Below, one piece after another: positions 45,895 through 54,583 of a stretch of DNA of 64,000 bases. The translations under genes and the position numbers were made by a program. Source of the stretch: Patescibacteria group bacterium (GTDB lineage Bacteria; Patescibacteriota; Patescibacteriia; UBA9934; GWF2-40-263); the NCBI GenBank assembly GCA_038065075.1, contig JBBTRQ010000001.1:2823-66822 (forward strand). Reading direction: 5' to 3'. The notes beneath the pieces were generated by a model. It made no database searches and was not told the DNA's origin. It worked only from the letters and a program-made list of their open reading frames with translations. Position 1 is the stretch's first letter, and each line of letters begins with the position of its first letter.

Positions 45895-47259
45895 TTACGG
45901 AGTAATCCGATTAATCATCCTCGGGAACGGAATCGTCTCGCGCACGTGGTGCAATCCGCAGGTCCAGGCGACGATGCGCTCGAGTCCATAGCCGAAGCCG
46001 GAATGTGGAACCGAGCCGTAGCGGCGCAGGTCGAGGTACCAGTCAAAAGGTTTTGGATCGAGATTGTGTTCCGCAATGCGCTTCATAAGGGTCTCGTAGT
46101 CGTCCTCGCGCTGTGAGCCGCCGATGATCTCACCGTAGCCCTCTGGCGCGAGCAAATCGTTATTGAGTACGCGTGTGGGATCAGCTGGATCGCGCTTCAT
46201 GTAGAACGCCTTCACGGCCGCCGGATATTTCTCGACGAAGATCGGTGTCTCGTACTGCTGCGTGAGCCAGGTCTCGTCGTCGGCGCCCAAGTCGTCCATG
46301 TCCCCAATGTCACTTCCGTTGGCACGCAATTTCGCAATCGCCTCGGCGTGCGTGAGATGGACAAATGGCGCTTGGACTTTTTTGAGCGGCTCAACGTCGC
46401 GCTCCAGAACCTTCAGTTCGTACGCACAGTGCTCGAGAACGTCCGCGACGATGCGGCAGATGAGCGCCTCTTGAATCGCCATATTTCCTTCGTGCTCCAC
46501 AAACGCCGCTTCCGCGTCCATCATCCAGAACTCCGTGAGGTGACGACGTGTCTTAGATTTCTCCGCTCGGAACACCGGTCCAAAATCAAACGCTCGACCC
46601 AGACTCATGATCCCCGCCTCCAGATACAGCTGCCCTGACTGCGCGAGGTACGCCTTTCGGCCCCCCTCCTTTTCAAGGAGGGGCTGGGGGTGGTTATCAT
46701 CATCGACGAAGTAATCCATCTCAAACAGCTCGGTCGTGCCCTCACATGAGGTCGGTGTCAAAATCGGTGTGTCGAATTTTACAAATCCGTTTTCGTGGAA
46801 CCACTCGTAGGTGCTGGTGATAATTCGATCGCGGACACGCATCACCGCCCACTGGCTCTCGGCGCGCAACCAGAGGTGACGATTGTCGAGTAAGAAATCT
46901 GGGCCGTGCTCTTTCTTGCCCAATGGGTAATCTTCTTTTGGAATCTGGATCGGCTGAAAAAACGTGCCGGTCAGTTCAAACCCAGACGGTGAACGAGGCT
47001 CGGCTTTCACCACACCGCGCACCGTGACGGACGATTCAAGTTTCAATAAGTCCAATTGGTCCCATTGGTCCGATGGAATCTCGCTCTTGGAGAAAACCAC
47101 CTGCACGCGTCCACTCCCGTCGCGGAACTGTAAAAAGAAAATTTTTCCGCTGGAGCGGAAGTTGTAGCACCAGCCTTTAAGCTCGATCTCTTGACCGACG
47201 TGCTGACTGATTTCAGAAATCATTTTGTTGTGCATAGATTGCTTCGCTGTCGCTCGCAA
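45895..47259 (-). CDS. asnS: asparagine--tRNA ligase (class IIb) with an in-frame repeat-derived insertion (..DDDNHPQPLLEKEGG..)
   Basis: OB-fold N-terminus, KAYLAQSGQLYLE, RHLTEFWMMDAE, FPR C-terminus; the Asn versus Asp call rests on the SGQL/EFWM motifs. Confidence 0.75.
   Translation of the reverse strand: MRATAKQSMHNKMISEISQHVGQEIELKGWCYNFRSSGKIFFLQFRDGSGRVQVVFSKSEIPSDQWDQLDLLKLESSVTVRGVVKAEPRSPSGFELTGTFFQPIQIPKEDYPLGKKEHGPDFLLDNRHLWLRAESQWAVMRVRDRIITSTYEWFHENGFVKFDTPILTPTSCEGTTELFEMDYFVDDDNHPQPLLEKEGGRKAYLAQSGQLYLEAGIMSLGRAFDFGPVFRAEKSKTRRHLTEFWMMDAEAAFVEHEGNMAIQEALICRIVADVLEHCAYELKVLERDVEPLKKVQAPFVHLTHAEAIAKLRANGSDIGDMDDLGADDETWLTQQYETPIFVEKYPAAVKAFYMKRDPADPTRVLNNDLLAPEGYGEIIGGSQREDDYETLMKRIAEHNLDPKPFDWYLDLRRYGSVPHSGFGYGLERIVAWTCGLHHVRETIPFPRMINRITP
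46659..46692. repeat. C-run/N7/G-run/CTG/G5 palindromic element inserted in-frame in asnS
   Basis: ggcccccctccttttcaaggaggggctgggggtgg. Confidence 0.6.
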
Positions 47260-47278
47260 TGACGAGGACTAAAGAAGT

Positions 47279-48055
47279 CTAGCACACGCTACAGGCCGCC
47301 CTCAATGAGCTTGCGGGGATGACCGGAAAATGCGAAATCATGAGGGATTCGACAGCCTCGTGGTAGCCGGCAAGATCCTCGGCCCTGAGATGAGGGCGCA
47401 GATGTGACGCAAACCCTTCTTCGAGTCCAAAACGAACGAGTTTGAGGGCCTCGTCGGTCATAGGGCGAGCCGCGAACCACGTCTCTTGATCGACTCGCGT
47501 ACAGTTCGTGCAGACCACTCCCCCCTTGAGCCCATGCCACTGGTAGGAGCCGGGCGCGATCGTCTGTCGACAACCAAGACAGCGGTTCAGTTGCGGTCGG
47601 TACCCCACGAGCGACAACAGCTTGAGCGAAAACGCGCCGAGCAAAAATCCGGCACGCTCTCGCGAGATGCTTGTGTCTGAATCGAGAAATCCGAGCCAGT
47701 GTTCGATGAGCTCGTAAATGTGCGGATCGGTTTCGTCCGCGCGGGTGCCGATGTCGACTAGGTGCAGAGCGTTTTGTGCCAGGACGAGTCGCGAGAGATC
47801 GTCGTACACTCGACGGAAGCCTCGTCGCCGCTCCACCCCTGCCACGGTCTGGTACGCCCGCCCATGCACCAACAGGAGATCCACTACCGCCACCATCTCC
47901 AGATGCGGCGTGAGTTTTGCCAGCGGCTTATGCCCGCCGCGCGCAAGAAACTCCACCTTGCCATGCTCAGCGGTATAAACCGAATACCACCGGTCGACCT
48001 CTCTATGGTCACGTCGTGAGAGCACGATGCCGGTGGTATGGTAGAGCGAAGCCAT
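47279..48055 (-). CDS. recO: DNA repair protein RecO
   Basis: OB-fold N-terminus plus CLGC....C.NC zinc motif. Confidence 0.8.
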   Translation of the reverse strand: MASLYHTTGIVLSRRDHREVDRWYSVYTAEHGKVEFLARGGHKPLAKLTPHLEMVAVVDLLLVHGRAYQTVAGVERRRGFRRVYDDLSRLVLAQNALHLVDIGTRADETDPHIYELIEHWLGFLDSDTSISRERAGFLLGAFSLKLLSLVGYRPQLNRCLGCRQTIAPGSYQWHGLKGGVVCTNCTRVDQETWFAARPMTDEALKLVRFGLEEGFASHLRPHLRAEDLAGYHEAVESLMISHFPVIPASSLRAACSVC

Positions 48056-49011
48056 TAGTAAGGATACTGATCCTTCAACCGATCAGGGTCGATGGTGCGG
48101 TCAAAGCACACGCGCCCCATGCCGTGTGACCAGACGTCAAAGTTTTCACCCATGTATCCAAAGTCGTACATCATCGGGGTCGCGTAGATATTCTTGTCAG
48201 AGCCATCGGACTCCGTCATGAAGGTCGCACACAACTGGAAGGTTAACTCGCCTGTCACGGTGTACTCATAGGCCTCTGAGGACTCAGGGTCAGCCGGGTT
48301 GCGATAGCCGATGATGTCGTCTTCCATGGCCGCGAGATTCTCAGGCAGAGCCTCTTTATCGCGCCAATAGTCGATGAGGCTGGATTGAATGGTCTGCAGA
48401 TCGGAAACACGAGTCTGATCCAGACGTGCATCCCGTTGCTTTGCTGGACTGCCGACGACAAAGAGGCTGGCGGCAATCGCCACGACAATCACGATGGAAC
48501 TTGCAATGGCCGCCCACATGGTGACTTTCGTCATCTTGGCTGGTTCACGCTTGAGCTCCCAAAGGTAATACCAGAACACCGCGATGGAAACGAGGAGGAC
48601 GGCCAGAACCTTGAGACCAAAGCGAATGCTGATCTCCCCATCAAGATAAGTGTTGATGAGTGTGATGAGGTCGATGATGATCGCGAGCGCGGCCACGAAG
48701 ATCATAAGATGTAAGAGCCACTTGCGGATCCAGATATTTTGCTTGCCCTCATCTGCCCGCAGATCCTTGCCAATAAAAATCGACATGAGAATCATCACCG
48801 GCCAAGAAACGACAAGCGCAGAAATCGCGCCGCGAATCGCTTGGAGCGATCCCTCACGCCACCAGTAGTCCAGCTGATCTGGAAACTGGATGTTGATGTA
48901 CTGGAACAGAAGGGTCAAAAAACTCACCACGCCCACAATGAACATGGCGATGAGCAGAAGGTACGAAAAAACATCTCGGGCGGAGCTTTTTACAGAATGT
49001 TGTGTGGACAT
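48055..49011 (-). CDS. membrane protein (N-terminal multi-TM region, C-terminal extracytoplasmic domain; DUF5671-like)
   Basis: ORF track. Confidence 0.45.
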   Translation of the reverse strand: MSTQHSVKSSARDVFSYLLLIAMFIVGVVSFLTLLFQYINIQFPDQLDYWWREGSLQAIRGAISALVVSWPVMILMSIFIGKDLRADEGKQNIWIRKWLLHLMIFVAALAIIIDLITLINTYLDGEISIRFGLKVLAVLLVSIAVFWYYLWELKREPAKMTKVTMWAAIASSIVIVVAIAASLFVVGSPAKQRDARLDQTRVSDLQTIQSSLIDYWRDKEALPENLAAMEDDIIGYRNPADPESSEAYEYTVTGELTFQLCATFMTESDGSDKNIYATPMMYDFGYMGENFDVWSHGMGRVCFDRTIDPDRLKDQYPY

Positions 49012-49043
49012 ATATATATCTATCAGTATAGCAAAAAACGTCG

Positions 49044-49685
49044 TTACACGTGAGAGAGAATCTCCTCAACCAGACTCTCGTCGAGATCGGTCATATGAGT
49101 GCCATGACCCAGACCGTGACGTTCGATGAGGACGGTCGATGGGTTGAGACGATGAAGTTCGTGCACGCTATCCCACGACGGGCGATCATCGTCGTCACTG
49201 GCAACGAGCACGACTTTCTGGTTCGGTTTGATCGACGTGACCACGTCGTCGGTTTTCACACCGCGATAATCAAGACCTGGCGAGAGGGCAATGGCGAGTG
49301 GAAGACTCGAGTGTTCAGCAAGCGCGCGGATCGCCAGGTTGGCGCCGATCGACGCGCCGATAAGAATCGTGTGCGCGTCGTCGAAGCCGTGTTCTCGAGT
49401 CCATGCGAGCGCCGCCTCAAGGTCAAGTCGCTTCTGTTGCTGCTGCTCTGGCGTAAACGTCTTATAGCCGAGCGTACCACCCATCGTGCTCTCCCCGTGG
49501 CCTCTCATGTCTATCGCCAACGACGCATAACCATGCTCGAGAAGTTTTTTCGCGATCGAATCCCAGCTCTCCTTCGTCGAGGGCATCATGTGCAACAAGA
49601 TGGCGATCTTCTCCTGACCGTCGTGACGATAGATTCCAGCAAGCTCGATGTGGTCTTGGGTCGTGAGTGTGACAGACGAAGTCAT
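49044..49685 (-). CDS. alpha/beta hydrolase (dienelactone hydrolase-like)
   Basis: HG(GES) and IGASIGANLA nucleophile elbow. Confidence 0.7.
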   Translation of the reverse strand: MTSSVTLTTQDHIELAGIYRHDGQEKIAILLHMMPSTKESWDSIAKKLLEHGYASLAIDMRGHGESTMGGTLGYKTFTPEQQQQKRLDLEAALAWTREHGFDDAHTILIGASIGANLAIRALAEHSSLPLAIALSPGLDYRGVKTDDVVTSIKPNQKVVLVASDDDDRPSWDSVHELHRLNPSTVLIERHGLGHGTHMTDLDESLVEEILSHV

Positions 49686-49701
49686 ACAGAAGTTTCAGCA
49701 A

Positions 49702-49980
49702 CTAACGTTTTCGTGGCCCACGCAAGTCACCGAAACGACCTTGTTGGACTCGAATCTCACGGTTAAGAGCGCGCATTTGCTCCCGTAGTTCAAACAGGCG
49801 CGCCTGTAGGATTTCAAGCTCTTCGGGATCCTGTTCGTTTTTGATCTGTATCCCGAGCGAGTCAATTTCTTCGCTCATCGCCTTGAATTGCTCCTCCATC
49901 TTGAGAACTTCGGTTTCTCCAAACATAGCGGAAATCTCTTCCCCGCTCATTGGTGGCTTGTTTTTGTGTTCGTATTCCAT
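49702..49980 (-). CDS. hypothetical coiled-coil protein
   Basis: ORF track. Confidence 0.35.
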   Translation of the reverse strand: MEYEHKNKPPMSGEEISAMFGETEVLKMEEQFKAMSEEIDSLGIQIKNEQDPEELEILQARLFELREQMRALNREIRVQQGRFGDLRGPRKR

Positions 49981-50075
49981 ACGCAGCTATTCTACCAAAT
50001 CCCACGCTTGACGCCCCCCTGTTCTACGATAGCCTCTACGCGGCCACTCCCTTATTTTCTTCCCTCGGAGGTTCC

Positions 50076-50801
50076 GTGTCACTCCACATCAATGCTGACC
50101 CTGGTCAGATCGCTGGCACTGTCCTGTTCCCCGGCGACCCCCTGCGCGCCAAGCGCATCGCCGACGAGGTCCTGCGCGACGTCGTGCAGTACAACACCGT
50201 GCGCGGCATACTCGGATTCACGGGCGTGACCACCATCCCGAACTTCGGCGAAGTCCGCGTGTCGGTACAGGGATCGGGCATGGGAATGCCGTCCTTGTCG
50301 ATCTACGCCAACGAGCTCTTCAACGAGTTCGACGTGGAGACGATCATCCGCGTGGGCACCTGCGGAGGACTGCGGGACGACATGAAGCCGGGAGACCTGG
50401 TCATCGCCCAGGGCGCTTGCTCGGACTCCAACCTCAACCGCCGGCGGTTCAAGGGTCTCGACTTCGCGCCCCTGGCGGACGCCGACCTGTTCATCGCCGC
50501 GGTTCTCGCGGCCCGCGCGCGCGACTGGAAGATCCGCGCCGGCAACATCCTGAGCACCGACCTCTTCTACGCAGACCACGACCCGAACGAGTGGAAGATG
50601 TGGGCGGCCTCGGGCGTGATCGCGGTCGAAATGGAGACGGCGGAGCTGTACACGCTCGCCGCCCGCAAGGGTCGCCGCGCGCTGTCCGTCCTCACGGTCA
50701 GCGACGTCCTCCCCACCCACGAGGCCATGAACGCGCACGAACGCGAGACGAGCTTCCACCGCACGGTGGAGCTCGCCTTGGCCGCCGCCTTCGCGAAGTG
50801 A
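50076..50801 (+). CDS. deoD: purine nucleoside phosphorylase DeoD-type, GTG start with GGAGG RBS, GC3 > 90%
   Basis: Collinear with E. coli DeoD (HINA..G, GDPLRAK.IA, GMGMPS.SIY, IIRVGTCGG, VEMETA). Confidence 0.85.
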   Translation: MSLHINADPGQIAGTVLFPGDPLRAKRIADEVLRDVVQYNTVRGILGFTGVTTIPNFGEVRVSVQGSGMGMPSLSIYANELFNEFDVETIIRVGTCGGLRDDMKPGDLVIAQGACSDSNLNRRRFKGLDFAPLADADLFIAAVLAARARDWKIRAGNILSTDLFYADHDPNEWKMWAASGVIAVEMETAELYTLAARKGRRALSVLTVSDVLPTHEAMNAHERETSFHRTVELALAAAFAK

Positions 50802-50880
50802 TCGACGATCTCCACTGCTGCCCCGATCCTTCACGGACGGGGCGTTTAATTTTGGATAAAATCCAACAAGAATCCCTTCT

Positions 50881-51783
50881 GTGGTAACATACGCGTATAT
50901 GTTTACATCATTTGTTCGTCCGCTTGAGATCGGACTTTTTGCTCTCGTGTTTCTGGGAGTCGGTTGCTCAAGTACCCCGGTCCCTCTGCCGGGAACATGG
51001 AATTTCAATATGGAGGCATCTGCCACCAATCTCTCCGGGAGCGAGTGTGCCACGTCTGGTGGCTTTTCTTCCGGAGGTGAGGCTTCGGTGAACGTGAACG
51101 CACTTGGCGATATCGTAACTATGAATCTCAGCGGACAGACGATTGTCTTTTACGACCACCTTGCTCCTGGAGCTCAGTACAAAACCTATACGCGCACATT
51201 CCCGGTCTTAAACCCGGACGGAACGTCCGGAACAGGAAACGTCTGGTTTGATTTTACGGCCAACGATGAGGAAACACTCTCGGGAACATTGCATTGGAAC
51301 AACTTACGAGGATGTCGCGGAGATTATCCGTTTACCATGACTCTCTTGGAGCTTGAGCTCCCGGATCCTGGCCTGTACGTTCTCTCCGAGGGAACATGGG
51401 ACGTGAACATTGACAGTGTGGCCGACGACTGCGGCGCGGGAGCCGCGGGTATGACCGGCATCCCTGATCAGATCGATCTGAGTAATCCCGTTGATTTGGA
51501 TACCGGCGAGTCCATCACCGATGAACTCCTGCTCGATCCTTGGGGAGTCATCCTTGGTCGAGTGGCGAATACGAATGTCTTCACTCTAGGATCAGGGCCA
51601 AGTTTTGATCCTGGCTTACCACAGGATGCCGATGGGGATGTGAACCTCGACTTTGAAGATGTGACGTTCGATGCCACCATGGAAATGTGGGCCGATGGCC
51701 CTGACTCCGCCCTGGGAACCATCTATGCCTCCGGCGGGGGGTGCAACATCACGATGATGGTCAACATGAGCTTCAGCCCCTAA
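50881..51783 (+). CDS. secreted hypothetical protein
   Basis: N-terminal hydrophobic signal, Gly/Asp/Thr-rich. Confidence 0.45.
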   Translation: MVTYAYMFTSFVRPLEIGLFALVFLGVGCSSTPVPLPGTWNFNMEASATNLSGSECATSGGFSSGGEASVNVNALGDIVTMNLSGQTIVFYDHLAPGAQYKTYTRTFPVLNPDGTSGTGNVWFDFTANDEETLSGTLHWNNLRGCRGDYPFTMTLLELELPDPGLYVLSEGTWDVNIDSVADDCGAGAAGMTGIPDQIDLSNPVDLDTGESITDELLLDPWGVILGRVANTNVFTLGSGPSFDPGLPQDADGDVNLDFEDVTFDATMEMWADGPDSALGTIYASGGGCNITMMVNMSFSP

Positions 51784-51804
51784 AATCCCCCATGAGGGGG
51801 ACTT
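51782..51804. terminator. palindromic repeat family 1 hairpin (aaaaTCCCCCatgaGGGGGActt) between convergent genes
   Basis: Seen in sequence. Confidence 0.55.
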
Positions 51805-51806
51805 GG

Positions 51807-53264
51807 CTACTTGAGAAGCGTGGAGAGATCCAGGGTTTGATCGAAACGAATTTGTCGGACAAATTCCTCGGCGTGACTCACCACCAGCATACATCCTTGG
51901 TAGTCATTGAGTGCCTTGGCGATCACGGGAAGATGCCGAAAGTTAATGTGATTGGTCGGCTCGTCAAAGATAAGCAGTCCGGGTGCTTGAAGCACGAAGC
52001 GCGCAAAACACAGCAAGCCCTTTTGCCCCTCTGAAAGCGCCCCCACGGGAGTCGCCAGCGCGTCCCCGTCCAGCAAGAACTGCGCGCCTGTTCGACGAAT
52101 GGTTTCGTTATCCGGTTGCTCCATGACTTCAGAGAGTGAAGCGTAAGCGGTCTGGGAAAAATTCAATCCAGAAAAATCTTGTCGATAATACCCCACCTTC
52201 ACCCCCGGCGCAATCATCGCTCCCGGTGAATCTCCCTGTGCCAACGATCGCAACAGCGTGCTCTTTCCAATGCCGTTGGGACCCGCAACCAATAGATGCG
52301 TTCCACGACGCAACGACAGATCCACCTCCACATCATGCGCCTCATGGTCGCGGATTACTTTAATGGAACTCAGTCGCACGACCTCTTCGGTAAACGGTTG
52401 CGCGGGAATAGTGAAGTCCTTGATCGTTCGATCATCACGTCGCACATCCACCATGTTCTCTTCTGCTTCCGCGACCTCTTCGCGGAGCTTGCTGGCGAGC
52501 TTGCGCATCTTGCCTCCTTTGTGCGCAAAAAAGTTTACCTTGTCTTTGCGATCTTGAATGGTCTTCAAGAGCTGGGCGTTCTTTGCGCGATCGCGCTCCA
52601 CGCGCGCGGCGATCTCCTCCACCACGTCCGTATAATTTCCGTCGTACTTCTCGACCTTCCCTGTGTAGACATCCAAGTGCAGGACGCCCTCCGTGAAACT
52701 GTTCAAGAAATCGGCATCGTGTGAAATGACCAAGACCGTTTTGGGATACATGATGAGGAACATCGTGAGGTGATCGATCCCCTCGCGGTCAAGATTGTTG
52801 GTCGGCTCGTCGAGCAACAGAATGTCGGGCTCTTGAATGAGCGCGTAGGCCAGGAGAAGTCGCGCCTGCTGACCGCCCGAAAACGATCCCACCAGCTTCT
52901 CCAAGGGCGCGGTCAGATTCACCACCTCCAAAATGTCGGCAATCCGCTTATCAAGATTGTAGGGGACGTCGAGAAACGCTTGTGCAAAGTACTCGCGCAC
53001 GTTCAGAGTCAAACACTCACGCGCCATCACCTGCTTTGCCGTGGCAATGGTCGCGCCCGAAGAAAGATGCACCTGACCATAATCGGGTTTCACCTCGCCC
53101 GTGATGAGTTTAAAGATCGTGCTCTTGCCCGCGCCATTTTGACCCATGAGGGTCAGCTTCGCGTCTTCGCGAACAGAAAAACTCGCCTCATCCAAAATGG
53201 GGCTCTCTGAAATGTATCCGAAGGACACGGTTTCAAAGCGCAAGACGATATTTCCTGATGCCAT
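51807..53264 (-). CDS. ABC-F family ATPase (two ABC domains, no TMD)
   Basis: Two Walker A (GQNGAGKST, GPNGIGKST), two LSGGQ signatures, inter-domain linker. Confidence 0.85.
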   Translation of the reverse strand: MASGNIVLRFETVSFGYISESPILDEASFSVREDAKLTLMGQNGAGKSTIFKLITGEVKPDYGQVHLSSGATIATAKQVMARECLTLNVREYFAQAFLDVPYNLDKRIADILEVVNLTAPLEKLVGSFSGGQQARLLLAYALIQEPDILLLDEPTNNLDREGIDHLTMFLIMYPKTVLVISHDADFLNSFTEGVLHLDVYTGKVEKYDGNYTDVVEEIAARVERDRAKNAQLLKTIQDRKDKVNFFAHKGGKMRKLASKLREEVAEAEENMVDVRRDDRTIKDFTIPAQPFTEEVVRLSSIKVIRDHEAHDVEVDLSLRRGTHLLVAGPNGIGKSTLLRSLAQGDSPGAMIAPGVKVGYYRQDFSGLNFSQTAYASLSEVMEQPDNETIRRTGAQFLLDGDALATPVGALSEGQKGLLCFARFVLQAPGLLIFDEPTNHINFRHLPVIAKALNDYQGCMLVVSHAEEFVRQIRFDQTLDLSTLLK

Positions 53265-53325
53265 AGGCGGACACGATAGCGGATATTTCTCAAAACCTCA
53301 AGAATACGGCATGATAGAGAGAAAT

Positions 53326-54492
53326 ACACATCCTATGAGTCAACGCGCCTCCTTCATCGTTTCCCTGCTTGAATCCGCCGACATTCGTGTAAACGGCTCG
53401 CGGCCGTGGGATCTTCTCGTCCATGACGAGCGGGTGTTTGATCGCACGCTTGCAGAGGGGTCGCTGGGGTTTGGGGAGAGCTACATGGACGGCTGGTGGG
53501 ACTGCGAGGCATTGGATGAAATGCTCACGCGGGTATTTCGGTCCGACATCGACCGTCGCGTTCGAAACTGGCGCACGGCTCTGCGCGTTCTGGGCGCCCG
53601 CGCGCGAAACGCTCAGCGCAAGTCCAAAGCGTTTGAGATCGGTGAACGCCATTACGACGTCGGCAACGATCTCTACAAACAGATGCTCGACCCACGCATG
53701 ACCTACACGTGCGGATACTGGAAGAATGCGAGCGACCTCGCGAGCGCGCAGGAAGCAAAGCTCGACCTCGTGTGTCGCAAGATCGGACTGAAGCCGGGGA
53801 TGCGCGTCCTGGACATCGGATGTGGATGGGGATCGTTCGCCATCTATGCCGCGCAGAAGTACGGCGTGGAAGTCGTGGGTGTCACCGTCTCGAAAGAACA
53901 AGTCGCGCTGGCAACCGAGCGCGGCCGAGGACTGCCGATCGAATTTCGATTGCAGGATTACCGCGACGTGACCGGAACGTTCGATCGTATTGTGTCGCTG
54001 GGAATGTTCGAACACGTCGGCTACAAAAACTATCGAACGTACATGGAAGTGGCTCATCGACTGCTCCCTATCGAAGGACTCTTCTTGCTCCACACCATCG
54101 GCGGTAATCGTTCCGTGCACACCACAGACGCCTGGATCGAAAAGTACATCTTCCCAAACTCGATGCTACCGTCGATCGCGCAGATCGGAAGTTCCACCGA
54201 AGGCCTGTTCGTGATGGAAGACTGGCACAACTTCGGCACCGACTACGACAAGACCCTTCAGTGCTGGTACAAAAACTTTGAGGCCGCCTGGCCGGGACTC
54301 GCCGATCACTACGGCGACCCTTCGACGGAGCTCAGGGTCGGCCTGAGCCAGTCGAAGGCCGAACGCTTCCACCGCATGTGGCGTTTCTATCTTCTCTCCA
54401 GCGCCGCCACCTTCCGCGCGCGAAACAATCAGCTGTGGCAAGTGGTGTTAAGTAAGGACGGGCTCAAGAATAGCTATCAGTCGATACGTTGA
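53326..54492 (+). CDS. cfa: cyclopropane-fatty-acyl-phospholipid synthase (start 53326 or 53301; the track ORF start at 53146 overlaps the ABC-F gene)
   Basis: Collinear with E. coli Cfa: GESYMDGWW, VLDIGCGWG SAM motif, LL..GL..L.H. Confidence 0.8.
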   Translation, partial: THPMSQRASFIVSLLESADIRVNGSRPWDLLVHDERVFDRTLAEGSLGFGESYMDGWWDCEALDEMLTRVFRSDIDRRVRNWRTALRVLGARARNAQRKSKAFEIGERHYDVGNDLYKQMLDPRMTYTCGYWKNASDLASAQEAKLDLVCRKIGLKPGMRVLDIGCGWGSFAIYAAQKYGVEVVGVTVSKEQVALATERGRGLPIEFRLQDYRDVTGTFDRIVSLGMFEHVGYKNYRTYMEVAHRLLPIEGLFLLHTIGGNRSVHTTDAWIEKYIFPNSMLPSIAQIGSSTEGLFVMEDWHNFGTDYDKTLQCWYKNFEAAWPGLADHYGDPSTELRVGLSQSKAERFHRMWRFYLLSSAATFRARNNQLWQVVLSKDGLKNSYQSIR

Positions 54493-54522
54493 CGGCCGTG
54501 AGGGATCCCTTGCGCGGCCGTA

Positions 54523-54551
54523 TTGACATCACTGAGAGATTCGTGAATGAT
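54523..54551 (+). promoter_or_regulatory. sigma70-like promoter (TTGACA-17-AATGAT) and GGGAGG RBS upstream of the tandem-HTH gene
   Basis: Seen in sequence. Confidence 0.4.
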
Positions 54552-54583
54552 CGCTTGGGACAACACTGGCAAACGTCAGGGAG

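Noticed and set aside
50079-51053. 324-aa minus-strand ORF antisense to deoD (and similar antisense ORFs 53290..54120, 43361..44521, 33393..34274, 11255..12136, 14797..15441)
   Set aside because: Each is antisense to a gene with strong, collinear homology to a well-known family; long antisense ORFs are expected in high-GC3 genes.
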